Source of the DNA: Desulfobacteraceae bacterium
GTDB taxonomy: Bacteria > Desulfobacterota > Desulfobacteria > Desulfobacterales > ETH-SRB1
Length of the DNA: 64,000 nt
Assembly: GCA_030593145.1 (NCBI GenBank)
Contig: JAUVHU010000001.1
Span: forward strand, 13,675-77,674
Direction of reading: 5' to 3'
A model generated the notes under the pieces. That model had not been told where the DNA came from, ran no database searches, and saw only the letters and a list, made by a program, of their open reading frames with translations. Shown one piece after another: positions 1 through 9,933 of this stretch. A program made the translations under genes and the position numbers. The stretch's first letter is position 1. Each line of letters starts with the position of its first letter.

Positions 1-30
1 AAACAACCTGTTCTTCTTTTACGCTCTCTT

Positions 31-1965
31 TTACGAAACAGGCGTTCCCGGCTTTACCTTTCTGTCAACAGCCGATACAGAACATCCTTTTTCTTCAACA
101 GCCGCTATCACCATTCCATTAGACTCTATGCCCATGAGTTTAACAGGCTTTAAATTCACAACAACAATTACCTGCTTGCCTACCAGTTCCTCGGGAGTAT
201 AGCTTGCGGCAATTCCTGCTACAATGGTACGCTTTTCTCCGATATCCACCTCTAATTTCAGCAGCTTTTTTGCCTTTGGAATTGCTTCCGCACGAACTAC
301 GGTAGCCACCCTGAAATCAACCTTGCTAAACATTTCCATGGATATCTCGGGCTTTATGGCTGGCGATATGGAGCCAGGGGCAGCCTGTTCCGATGAATCA
401 AGATTATCCTTTTTCAAATCAATCCTTGGGAACAGGGTAATCGACTTTGGAAGCTTTGTGCCAGGCTTAATCACTTTCCAGGCTTTGAGTTTATCAAGGC
501 TGATAACACCTCTGTCTGAAAACATGTCCGGTTCAATTCCGAGATGCTTCTGCATCTTTGCTGATGTGCCCGGCATAACAGGCGAAATCAGGCCGGATAT
601 TATCCCAAGCCCGTTTAGAAGGTTATAGATGACTACTTCGAGCTGCTTTTTGCTGGATTTCTTCTTCGCAAGAACCCAGGGCGCTGTGATATCAACATAT
701 TTGTTCATGTGACCAATAAACTCCCAGACAGCCAGAACAGCTTTATGAAAAGCAAAACTATCCATGGCTTCTTCAAATTGTGCAATAGCGCTTAATGCAT
801 TAGACTCCAAACCAAGCTGCAACTCCTCCTCGACATCAGAATCAATATCAGGTACTATCCCGTTAAAATATTTATGGGCCATAGCCAGAACCCGTGAAAA
901 CAGGTTTCCCAGGTCGTTTGCCAGATCGGCATTTATACGTTGCACAAGCGCCTCTTCACTAAAGTTGGAGTCCAGCCCAAACACCATATCCCTAATCAGA
1001 AAAAACCTGAACGCGTCAAGTCCGTAAACATCTTTCATCTGCAGAGGCTCAATTACATTCCCTATGCTTTTCGACATCTTGCTTTGATCAACATTCCAGT
1101 ATCCATGAACATTCAAATGTTTGTATATCGGAATGCCGGCAGCCTTGAGCATAATAGGCCAGTAAATACCATGGGGTTTAAGAATGTCTTTTGCAACTAT
1201 GTGCTGTGCATAAGGCCAAAACTTTTTATACAGCTCTCCTTCAGGGTATCCTAATCCTGAAACATAGTTTAACAGGGCATCAAACCACACATATGTTACG
1301 TAATTATTGTCAAAAGGCAGGGTAATACCCCATTGAAGGCGTGTTTTGGGGCGGGATATACAAAGATCTTCAAGAGGTTCCCTTAAAAAGGCCAGCACCT
1401 CGTTTCTATAACGTTCCGGACGTATAAAATCAGGATTCTTTTTAATATGATCGATAAGCCAGTCCTGATAACGGCTCATCTTGAAAAAGTAATTGGATTC
1501 CTTGATCTTTTCAGGCTCTGTTCCATGATCAGGGCATTTGCCTTCAACAAGTTCGCGCTCTGTATAAAAACGTTCGCACCCAAAACAATACAGGCCTTCA
1601 TATTCGCTGAAATAGATGTCACCGGAATCATATATTTTTTTCAGCATCATTTCCACAACAGCTATATGTGCCGGATCGGTCGTGCGTATAAAAAAATCGT
1701 ATTTGATATTAAGTTCAGGCCACAGATCTTTGAACAGTCCACTGATTTTATCTACATAGACCCGCGGACTAACATTTTCATTTCTCGCGGCACGCACCAC
1801 TTTGTCACCGTGTTCGTCGGTTCCTGTCATAAAATAAGTTTCCGCCCCGCGCATGGCATTAAACCGGCATTCAACATCTGCAACCAAAGAAGTATATGCA
1901 TGCCCAAGATGAGGTCTTGCATTAACATAATAGATTGGAGTCGTAATATAAAATGGATTTGTCAT
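31..1965 (-). CDS. metG: Methionine--tRNA ligase with C-terminal tRNA-binding domain
   Basis: FYITTPIYYVN...HLGH (HIGH), zinc knuckle, KMSKS, C-terminal OB-fold. Confidence 0.97.
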   Translation of the reverse strand: MTNPFYITTPIYYVNARPHLGHAYTSLVADVECRFNAMRGAETYFMTGTDEHGDKVVRAARNENVSPRVYVDKISGLFKDLWPELNIKYDFFIRTTDPAHIAVVEMMLKKIYDSGDIYFSEYEGLYCFGCERFYTERELVEGKCPDHGTEPEKIKESNYFFKMSRYQDWLIDHIKKNPDFIRPERYRNEVLAFLREPLEDLCISRPKTRLQWGITLPFDNNYVTYVWFDALLNYVSGLGYPEGELYKKFWPYAQHIVAKDILKPHGIYWPIMLKAAGIPIYKHLNVHGYWNVDQSKMSKSIGNVIEPLQMKDVYGLDAFRFFLIRDMVFGLDSNFSEEALVQRINADLANDLGNLFSRVLAMAHKYFNGIVPDIDSDVEEELQLGLESNALSAIAQFEEAMDSFAFHKAVLAVWEFIGHMNKYVDITAPWVLAKKKSSKKQLEVVIYNLLNGLGIISGLISPVMPGTSAKMQKHLGIEPDMFSDRGVISLDKLKAWKVIKPGTKLPKSITLFPRIDLKKDNLDSSEQAAPGSISPAIKPEISMEMFSKVDFRVATVVRAEAIPKAKKLLKLEVDIGEKRTIVAGIAASYTPEELVGKQVIVVVNLKPVKLMGIESNGMVIAAVEEKGCSVSAVDRKVKPGTPVS

Positions 1966-2771
1966 TTACGCTTCTGCTCCTGTATAATTTCGTCTAATCC
2001 TGTTTCAACTTCCTGCCCGTCATCCAATCTTATAGTTAGACGGTTGCTTATTACGTTATGGCGCAAGACCTTTCCCCTGCCTTTTTTGGTCATCACCATT
2101 TTGTTTGTTTTTGGAAACCTTTTTTTTAATTTTTTATATGTTTCATTTTCAAATGTCAGACAGCACATCAGCCTGCCGCACAAACCGGAGATCTTGGTTG
2201 GATTTAAGGAAAGATTCTGATTTTTTGCCATGCGAATGGAAACAGGTTCGAATTTCTCGATAAATGCCGCACAACAAACAATGCGTCCACACCTTCCCAT
2301 GCCACTACAAATCTTGGCTTTATGCCGAATCCCTACCTGCCGCATCTCTATCCTGACACCAAGCTCTTTTATCAACATTTTCACAAGCTTCCTGAAATCA
2401 ACTCGTCCTTCTGATGTAAAAAAAAAGGTCAGCTTGCTTCCATCAAAGGAGCTTTCAACGGAAAAAAGGTGCATTCTCAGCTTTAGCTTTTTGATACACT
2501 TAAGGCAGTAAGTCTCCGCTGATTTTTCAACATCACAATTTCTCTTCCATTGGCAAAGATCCTTTTCATTGACCAGACGAAACACCTTCTTCAACAGTCT
2601 ATCATATTGTTGTTCGTCAAAGGATTTTGGCGGCACAACAACTGTCCCAAGGCCAAGCCCCTGGTCTGTCTCAACAATCACACGATCTCCGCATTTAAGC
2701 ACAAAAGCGCCACTATCAAAATCGTAAACCTTGCCGGTTGGCTTAAATCTGACCTTAACAAGCTTTTTCAT
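1962..2771 (-). CDS. ricT: PSP1-domain / stage 0 sporulation family Fe-S regulatory protein (RicT/YaaT)
   Basis: GRVDFRxLVK, RIEMRQVG, CGRxxCC, KISGLCGRLMCCL; usual holB-ricT-metG order. Confidence 0.9.
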   Translation of the reverse strand: MKKLVKVRFKPTGKVYDFDSGAFVLKCGDRVIVETDQGLGLGTVVVPPKSFDEQQYDRLLKKVFRLVNEKDLCQWKRNCDVEKSAETYCLKCIKKLKLRMHLFSVESSFDGSKLTFFFTSEGRVDFRKLVKMLIKELGVRIEMRQVGIRHKAKICSGMGRCGRIVCCAAFIEKFEPVSIRMAKNQNLSLNPTKISGLCGRLMCCLTFENETYKKLKKRFPKTNKMVMTKKGRGKVLRHNVISNRLTIRLDDGQEVETGLDEIIQEQKRK

Positions 2772-2773
2772 AA

Positions 2774-3781
2774 TTATCCAAACGCCAGCCTCATCATCAA
2801 CAGTTCTAACGTCAATTTCAAATTGGCTTTAGCCTCAATATTTCTCTGTGCTGCCTGAACAGCTTCAATTTTTGAAAAAAGCGACTTTATGTCGATCTGT
2901 TGTGAAGCACACTGAACCTTATCGATCAAGTCTCTGTTTATGATTTTTTCAGGAGAATATTTATATATTACAAGATCTCTCAGCCAAGAAAGCATAACTT
3001 CCAGGAAATCAGAAATGATTGATTTGTTTTTTGATAACCTTTCAGCATATGCCAGAAGCAAGCCGATTGGTTGCATCGACATGGATTCCGGCAGATCTAA
3101 GCCTATGGCAGTTATCAGCCATCTTCTCTGGTCAGGCCAGTTCGTTCTGTGTGACGACTTAACCATAGAAAGAGCTCTGGATAAACTCCCGTCAGCTATA
3201 TTCGCCACTACTACCGCCTCCTCAACATCAACCCCTTCTTTATCTATGAGCATTTTTACAATATTGTCTGTGGAAATAGGATTAAACCTGATATGCTGAC
3301 ATCGAGAAACAATTGTCGCAAGAAGATCGGATGACTGGGTGGCTGTTAGTATCAGAATTGTCCTGGCCGGGGGTTCTTCCAATACCTTAAGAAGGGCGTT
3401 ACCTGCTGAAGGATTCATGGTCTGGGCATCTGATATAATTACCACACGCAACCTTGCCTCATAAGGTTTCATGGCAAGAATATGACAAAGAGAGCGAATC
3501 TGGGCAATCTTTATATAGGGACCGGATGGCGAAACAGTAATAATATCAGGATGGTTTCCTGATTTAATCTTCAAGCATGACTTACAACTGCCGCAAGGCT
3601 CTGTGTTAAGCTCTTTGCCCATACAGTTACAAGCCATGGCAAATGTCATGGCTGTAATTCGTTTACCCACACCTCGCTTTCCTGTAAAAAGAAAGGCATT
3701 AGGTATACGCCCTGTTTTAAGACAAGCTGTTAAAATGCGTTTCGGATGTTCCTGATTTATTATTAACTTAAACCCAAACAC
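2774..3781 (-). CDS. holB: DNA polymerase III delta' subunit
   Basis: FLFTGxxGVGK, PCGSCKSC, HPD, NALLKVLEEPP, TIVSRCQ. Confidence 0.93.
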   Translation of the reverse strand: MFGFKLIINQEHPKRILTACLKTGRIPNAFLFTGKRGVGKRITAMTFAMACNCMGKELNTEPCGSCKSCLKIKSGNHPDIITVSPSGPYIKIAQIRSLCHILAMKPYEARLRVVIISDAQTMNPSAGNALLKVLEEPPARTILILTATQSSDLLATIVSRCQHIRFNPISTDNIVKMLIDKEGVDVEEAVVVANIADGSLSRALSMVKSSHRTNWPDQRRWLITAIGLDLPESMSMQPIGLLLAYAERLSKNKSIISDFLEVMLSWLRDLVIYKYSPEKIINRDLIDKVQCASQQIDIKSLFSKIEAVQAAQRNIEAKANLKLTLELLMMRLAFG

Positions 3782-3785
3782 AGAT

Positions 3786-4061
3786 TTATAGGTCTACACG
3801 TTCTTTTAATTCTTTTCCGGCTTTAAAAAACGGGAGTTTTTTGGGTCTTATAGAAACCTTTTCTCCAGTTTTTGGGTTTCTACCTGTATACCCTTCATAT
3901 TCTTTTACAAAAAAACTGCAAAGTCCTCGAATTTCGACCCGTTCTCCCTGGGCAAGGGTATCTGCCATATTGTCAAAAAACACTTGAACCACCCTTGCTG
4001 CTTCTGTTTTTGAAATGTTTGCCTGTTTTTTCAAGGCAGAAATAGTCTCTAATTTGTTCAT
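3786..4061 (-). CDS. ihfB: IHF/HU-family DNA-binding protein (IHF-beta-like)
   Basis: GERVEIRG..SF, GRNPKTGE, PFFKAGKELKERV; family certain, subunit less so. Confidence 0.8.
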   Translation of the reverse strand: MNKLETISALKKQANISKTEAARVVQVFFDNMADTLAQGERVEIRGLCSFFVKEYEGYTGRNPKTGEKVSIRPKKLPFFKAGKELKERVDL

Positions 4062-4138
4062 ATATATCCTCCTTTACAATAGCTAATATGCTGTATTAGA
4101 TAAATTTTATTACCTAAACTCGATAACAAGTCAAGCAA

Positions 4139-4666
4139 TTATGACAATATATCGGGGATTCTTTCAACATCTTCTTCGCTCACATCAACCCCGGTAAACT
4201 GCCCAAGAGCGCTAATATTAACAACAACCCGCCCCTTTCCCCTGTATCTGACAAAAGTGCCGGTCACACCTGTAAACGGGCCGTAAATTACCGTAACACG
4301 ATCGCCTTTTTTAAAACCACGCCCGGTTAATACTTTGCCGTCTGCTGCCACTATAATCTTTAGCGATTCTACGGTTTCAGACAAAACAGGGACAGGGCCG
4401 TCTTTGTTGCCGATAAAACTAACAACTCCAACAGTTTGTAGAATTTCAATGCGTTTATATGGATCAAACTCTGTTTTAACAAACAGATATCCCGGAAAAA
4501 GCGGAACTCTGATCATAACCTTTCTGTCGCGGCGTTTACTTCTTACCAAAATTTTTGGCAAAAAAACCTCCAGGGATTTTTTGACCAGGCCATCATTTAC
4601 AATATTTTCAAACCTGCTTTTTGTATGCAGAACATACCAGTTGCGAATAAAGGTTTTATTAATCAA
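4139..4666 (-). CDS. NusG paralog (UpxY/LoaP/RfaH-like transcription antiterminator)
   Basis: WYVLHT, PLFPGYLFV (NGN domain); GDRVTVIYGPFTG (KOW domain). Confidence 0.88.
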   Translation of the reverse strand: MINKTFIRNWYVLHTKSRFENIVNDGLVKKSLEVFLPKILVRSKRRDRKVMIRVPLFPGYLFVKTEFDPYKRIEILQTVGVVSFIGNKDGPVPVLSETVESLKIIVAADGKVLTGRGFKKGDRVTVIYGPFTGVTGTFVRYRGKGRVVVNISALGQFTGVDVSEEDVERIPDILS

Positions 4667-6981
4667 AGGGGTTCCTCCATTGTGCGCCCCACTAAACTTC
4701 TGCCAAACTCACCGATTCCATAAAGATTGATAACAAACATGTATTTCCTGTCATTCTCTTCGTCAATATATTTAAAATCTATTGACCAGCACTGGGCTTT
4801 GTACAAACAGCCCAAACTCTTTGAAATATCTTGGCTGCCGAGCTGGTTACGTTCGTAATCGCCATATACATTAAGATTGTCTGTTATTACACAACTCAAA
4901 TTAGTATAAATGGATTCAACTGAATTAATTGTGTACCTGTGTTCCACAAACAGCCTGTCTCCACGTTTATCTGACAGTGTTGCAGCAATATTACGGGATT
5001 GAAAGTCGCTTTCATATTGAGACCATGTGGCATCTGCGCGAACAGAAAAATATTGCATGGGCATTAGTTCGATTTCACCATATACCGAAGAAAAGGGCTG
5101 CTTTTCTTTTTGGTTTGCCCAGCTTGACGGATTATCCTCTTTTGCCTCGTTAATATCATAACTCTGCTCCAGCTTGAAACGGCAGAATTGATTATACGAG
5201 TAGCCGGGAGGCACTTCCTGTGTCTCGGAACCATCCTTTGTCGTTACTTCCTGACCTGTTCGAGACGTAAATGTATTTGTAATAGAATATGTAACCAGGC
5301 TTTTTTTCGTAATATTATCAACAGAATCAAAGCTTGGGTATTTACTCTGATCCTTGCCCGGAATATAATTATAAACTACCCGCGGCGTAACCGTGTGCTT
5401 TATCCTGTTGATATTTTCTCCAATACCGCCATATATTTGATATATTTCCGAAGAAAGATCCAGCCTGATATCATAAAATTCCCTGTAAAGCGTTGCCTTG
5501 TCTGACGACCTGTATTCTTCTTTATCAAAACGCCAGACTGTCTCCCGCACACCAAAAGACGGTTCAAGGAAACAATAATTTTTAAGTTTCAATGGCAGAT
5601 AAAACCTTGGGTACACATCTGCTCGATGAGCCCTTGAGCCATCTTCCCTGTAAAAATATGTGTATTGAGAATCAAAATCAAAATAAAACGGTGTCTTAAG
5701 AATCTGCTGTTTTGATGCATTAAACTCAACAAAAGGAAGTTTCTGTATGGTAGAATCAGTTTCCTCCTGGCGGCGATTAATAACATTATCATACCACCGC
5801 GTCTCGGCATTCAGACTGCATGCGGACCATGTTTTGCTTATATTCAGGCGGTTAACCCTTGTTGCGTCATCATAATTGTCAAGCCCCCTGCCAAATAATC
5901 TGGTAAAATATTTATCCGTTGCATCAAATCCTGTATATCCATTTTCAAATTCATGAAGGTAATCCTGATCACTAACAAAATCTATATCAAGCTTTGCGTT
6001 AAAGCCATAAGGCATAGCCTGATCGCTTTTCATTCTGAACCAGTATCTGTCAGAATTGGGACGCGTCGCGCTGTCATCCAGATATCCCCATTCATCTCCA
6101 CCCTCTGTTGTGCCATTATCTACCTTCCTGTCATTAAAATAGTCATACATGAAGGTCCCTTTTGACTCCTTATCCAACATATAACGGTATTCAAAACCAA
6201 CCTTGTCTCCACGACGCCCCATATGATGATAATAAAAAGTCGCGTCTGAACTGTCGTTGATTGCCCAGTAAAAAGGCTGGATATATTCTTCCCATTTCCG
6301 GTTTGAATATCCGATTTGCGGGGACAGCAAGCCGGTTTGACGTTTTAGTTTAACGGGAAAGACAAAAAAGGGGGTGTAGAGCACAGGTACATTCTTTGCC
6401 CAGAGAGCAGCATGGTTAACAAAGCCATACCCTTCTATTGTTATGTCTAAATTTCTTCCTGTAATTTTCCATGCCGGGCTATCGCCATCACAGGTCGTAA
6501 TGCTGGCTTTATCCGCAGTATAAGAATTCTTGCCGACTTTTTGTATCCTGTCACCTCTTATATAAAAATGGTTCTCTTTAAGAAATATGGTTCCATCATA
6601 TACTGTTCCGATCTCGGCCTGAAGATCCATTTCCATCCTGCTGCCTACGAGTATATCGTCCCCTGCTGTCATTACAACATGGCCTATGGCCAGCACTTCC
6701 ATTAATTCGTAATCAAAACGGACAAAGTCGGCCGTAAGTTTTTTATTCTCCTTGCTTATAGTTACATTTCTGTTAGCAATATATTGATTGGTTTTTTTAT
6801 CAAAGGATATTTCATCTGCTGTAATATGCCACGGCTCACCTGAATCATCACCAAATAACCGTTGACCTGTCCCAGCTAAAGCATTTGCTTTAATCGTAAT
6901 CAGGATAAGGAGAAAAAGCGACGAGCAAATAATGATGCTTAAATTTTGCTCTCTAAATTTAGAATAAATTGTTTTCCGCAT
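4663..6981 (-). CDS. lptD: LPS-assembly protein LptD
   Basis: Signal peptide, OstA-like N-domain (ITADEI, TTC...PAWKI, VPVLYTP, RQTGLL), long beta-barrel, QCW near C-terminus. Confidence 0.9.
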   Translation of the reverse strand: MRKTIYSKFREQNLSIIICSSLFLLILITIKANALAGTGQRLFGDDSGEPWHITADEISFDKKTNQYIANRNVTISKENKKLTADFVRFDYELMEVLAIGHVVMTAGDDILVGSRMEMDLQAEIGTVYDGTIFLKENHFYIRGDRIQKVGKNSYTADKASITTCDGDSPAWKITGRNLDITIEGYGFVNHAALWAKNVPVLYTPFFVFPVKLKRQTGLLSPQIGYSNRKWEEYIQPFYWAINDSSDATFYYHHMGRRGDKVGFEYRYMLDKESKGTFMYDYFNDRKVDNGTTEGGDEWGYLDDSATRPNSDRYWFRMKSDQAMPYGFNAKLDIDFVSDQDYLHEFENGYTGFDATDKYFTRLFGRGLDNYDDATRVNRLNISKTWSACSLNAETRWYDNVINRRQEETDSTIQKLPFVEFNASKQQILKTPFYFDFDSQYTYFYREDGSRAHRADVYPRFYLPLKLKNYCFLEPSFGVRETVWRFDKEEYRSSDKATLYREFYDIRLDLSSEIYQIYGGIGENINRIKHTVTPRVVYNYIPGKDQSKYPSFDSVDNITKKSLVTYSITNTFTSRTGQEVTTKDGSETQEVPPGYSYNQFCRFKLEQSYDINEAKEDNPSSWANQKEKQPFSSVYGEIELMPMQYFSVRADATWSQYESDFQSRNIAATLSDKRGDRLFVEHRYTINSVESIYTNLSCVITDNLNVYGDYERNQLGSQDISKSLGCLYKAQCWSIDFKYIDEENDRKYMFVINLYGIGEFGRSLVGRTMEEPL

Positions 6982-7011
6982 GGCTTTTTGGAATAATAAT
7001 GCAAGAAAAAG

Positions 7012-7041
7012 AATTGGTCGAGCTGGAATTGCTCGACCAAT
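7012..7041. repeat. Palindromic hairpin upstream of lptD
   Basis: ATTGGTCGAGC-tggaatt-GCTCGACCAAT, 11-bp perfect arms. Confidence 0.55.
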
Positions 7042-7074
7042 AACATTAAACTTAATAATTGGTGCGAAACCTAA

Positions 7075-7142
7075 GAACTTGTCCGAAAATTATGTCTGTA
7101 ACGAAAAAGTGTGAAAGCGAAACTAAATTTTTGGACAAACCC
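7075..7142. mobile_element. 68-bp MITE-like element with imperfect TIRs, flanked by CTAA direct repeats
   Basis: GAACTTGTCCGAAAATT ... AATTTTTGGACAAACCC; CTAA at 7071-7074 and 7143-7146; homolog at 14954-15021. Confidence 0.65.
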
Positions 7143-7342
7143 CTAAGTATCTATTTACAAAATCATGTTTTTTGCACAGCTTGATGTTTTGAGGCATTAA
7201 TTTGGGTCTTTTCGAATTGTTGGCAACACCCTCCTGGTGCTGTTTGTCCTGCCTGTTCAACCTCTACAAAACGTGTTGTTTTTTTGACCCTTTGCTATCC
7301 AGGCCATTAATCGCAAAACATATTTTAGCATTTTACGAATCA

Positions 7343-8395
7343 TTATTGTTTTTCAATCCATTTTATCTGCTGCTTTGAAGCTTTCCTCTCAACAATTTCA
7401 CCTATTACAAAGCCTTTTTCATTCATCGAACCAAGCCGTTCAACAATTTCCTGAGTTGCGCTTGCGGGTACAACAGCTATGAATCCAATGCCATTATTAA
7501 ATGTTCGCATCATTTCCCTGTCTGATATCTTTCCTGCCTGCTGCAAAAAAGGAAAAATCGGAGGTACATCCCAGCTTTCTTTATACATTGTTACACTGCA
7601 TCCTTTAGGTATTATACGAAGAATATTTTCCTCAATACCTCCGCCTGTAATATGGGCGAGCCCTAGGATTGAAAACTCCTTCCTCAACCGGTAAACAGTT
7701 TCCGAATATATTTTGGTGGGCGCAAGAAGCTCTTCACCTATTGTGTGCCCCAGTTCAGGCACATGGGCATCAATTTTTAGTTTTAAAACATCAAAACAAA
7801 CCTTTCTTACCAAAGAATATCCATTGCTGTGGAGCCCGTTCGATGCAATTCCAATAAGTTTATTGCCAACATGAATTTCCGAGCCATCGATAATTTTGCT
7901 GTTGTCGACTATTCCTACAGCAAATCCAGCCATATCATATTCTTTCTTTTTATAAAACCCGGGCATTTCAGCGGTTTCTCCACCTATAAGAGCACACGTG
8001 GCCTGCCTGCATCCTTGGGCCACCCCTTTTATGATATCTGCAACCATATCTGTATTTAATTGTCCCATTGACAGATAATCGAGAAAGAAAAGCGGTTTAG
8101 CTCCCTGAACAACAATATCATTAACACACATGGCAACAAGATCGATACCTACCGTGTCATGTTTGTCCATCATAAACGCTATCTTTAGCTTGGTTCCAAC
8201 TCCGTCTGTTGAACTTACAAGAACAGGTGTCTCTATCTGTGTAAGATTAAGTGAAAAAAGCCCCCCAAAACCTCCTATCTCACCCATCACGCCGGATCTA
8301 TGGGTTTGTTTTGCCAGCTTTTTTATGATTCCTACTAATTTGTTTGCATTATCTATGTTTACGCCTGCGTCAGCATAAGTAAGCGGTTTTTCCAA
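7343..8395 (-). CDS. purM: Phosphoribosylformylglycinamidine cyclo-ligase (AIR synthetase)
   Basis: YADAGV, DGVGTK, IGGETAEMPG, SNGLHSNGYSL; TTG start with AGGAGG SD. Confidence 0.97.
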   Translation of the reverse strand: MEKPLTYADAGVNIDNANKLVGIIKKLAKQTHRSGVMGEIGGFGGLFSLNLTQIETPVLVSSTDGVGTKLKIAFMMDKHDTVGIDLVAMCVNDIVVQGAKPLFFLDYLSMGQLNTDMVADIIKGVAQGCRQATCALIGGETAEMPGFYKKKEYDMAGFAVGIVDNSKIIDGSEIHVGNKLIGIASNGLHSNGYSLVRKVCFDVLKLKIDAHVPELGHTIGEELLAPTKIYSETVYRLRKEFSILGLAHITGGGIEENILRIIPKGCSVTMYKESWDVPPIFPFLQQAGKISDREMMRTFNNGIGFIAVVPASATQEIVERLGSMNEKGFVIGEIVERKASKQQIKWIEKQ

Positions 8396-8519
8396 AAGAC
8401 TCCTCCTAAGTAAGATATTCTGCCGTAACTCATCAGCAACTATCTAAAAATTAAATCGATCCTGCTTAAAAGTCAAAACAAATTTTTTGACATAAAATTC
8501 TATGTATAGTAATTAACGA

Positions 8520-8643
8520 TGATGAATTCGTAAAAAGTCGAATTCATCAAGTGTTAGGTGTTAAGATGAAACATTTAATGCTTAGCACATAACACTTGAC
8601 ACATTTCGCCAATAGCAATTTTTGACTTTTTACGAGTTCATCA
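8520..8643. mobile_element. MITE-like element with 20-bp TIRs TGATGAAYTCGTAAAAAGTC; degenerate second copy follows (8645-8740)
   Basis: TIRs 8520-8539 and 8624-8643 match 19/20; internal GTGTTAG/TAACAC heptamer arms. Confidence 0.65.
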
Positions 8644-8752
8644 ATAATGCATTCGTAAAAAAGTGAATTCATCAGGTGTTAGGTTAAAGCAATTGCTTGT
8701 TTAATCATACCCTTAACACTTAACACGGTTCGTAAAAAATGGAGATGTTATT

Positions 8753-9919
8753 ATGGAAAAATTCGCCAGGCTCGACCGTTTGCCGCCATATGTGTTTACA
8801 ACCGTTAACAAAATAAAAATGGATGCAAGGCATGCCGGAAAGGATATTATTGACCTTGGAATGGGCAATCCGGATCTTGCCACGCCGCAACATATCGTTG
8901 ACAAGCTAATCGAAGCCGCACAAAAACCACAAAACCATCGATATTCGGCATCCATGGGAATAACCAAACTTAGAATGGCTATTTCGGACTGGTATAAACG
9001 CCGGTTTGATGTGGATATAGACCATAACAGCGAGGCAATAGCTACAATAGGCGCCAAAGAGGGAATATCTCATCTCGTGCTGGTTACAATCCGACCCGGC
9101 GATGTGGTGTTTACCCAGAACCCAACTTACCCGATCCATCCATACTCAGCAATTATTGCAGGCGGTGACGTAAGAGGAATACGTGTGGGACCGGATTCCG
9201 ATTTTTTTGAAGACCTGATCAGCGCAACAAAACAAACATGGCCAAAGCCAAAGCTTTTAATTATCAGCTATCCGCACAATCCTACCACAGAGGTTGTAAA
9301 CCTTGAGTTTTTTGAAAAGATCGTGGCTTATGCAAAGGAACATAACATAATGATAATCCATGATCTTGCTTATGCTGATCTTGTCTTTGACGGTTATAAA
9401 GCGCCCAGTTTTTTACAGGCAAAAGGCGCTAAAGATGTCGGGGTAGAATTTATTTCTCTTTCAAAGAGCTACAACATGCCGGGCTGGAGAGTTGGTTTTT
9501 GTGTTGGCAACAAAGAAATTGTCGGCGCCCTGCGCAGGATAAAAAGTTATCTTGATTACGGTATATTCCAGCCGATTCAGATTGCATCCATCATAGCGTT
9601 AAACGGTCCACAGGATTGTGTAAAACAAACATGTGATACATACAGGGAAAGAAGAGATGCGCTGATATCAGGTCTAAATCGCGTTGGCTGGAATATAAAG
9701 AGCCCAAAAGGAACCATGTTTGTATGGGGAAAAATTCCTGATCAATATTTAAAAATGGGATCTGTGGAATTCTCCAAATTTCTGATTAAAGAGGCTCGGG
9801 TAGCTGTTTCTCCGGGTTTGGGGTTTGGAGAATATGGCGATGACTATGTGCGATTCGCTCTTATTGAAAACAAAATGCGAATCAACCAGGGTATCAGGGG
9901 ACTCAAAAAAATCCTGTAA
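8753..9919 (+). CDS. alaC: PLP-dependent aminotransferase class I/II (AlaC/YfdZ-like)
   Basis: [35 protein letters not shown]; substrate uncertain. Confidence 0.75.
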   Translation: MEKFARLDRLPPYVFTTVNKIKMDARHAGKDIIDLGMGNPDLATPQHIVDKLIEAAQKPQNHRYSASMGITKLRMAISDWYKRRFDVDIDHNSEAIATIGAKEGISHLVLVTIRPGDVVFTQNPTYPIHPYSAIIAGGDVRGIRVGPDSDFFEDLISATKQTWPKPKLLIISYPHNPTTEVVNLEFFEKIVAYAKEHNIMIIHDLAYADLVFDGYKAPSFLQAKGAKDVGVEFISLSKSYNMPGWRVGFCVGNKEIVGALRRIKSYLDYGIFQPIQIASIIALNGPQDCVKQTCDTYRERRDALISGLNRVGWNIKSPKGTMFVWGKIPDQYLKMGSVEFSKFLIKEARVAVSPGLGFGEYGDDYVRFALIENKMRINQGIRGLKKIL

Positions 9920-9933
9920 GAGGATCTGTTTGT

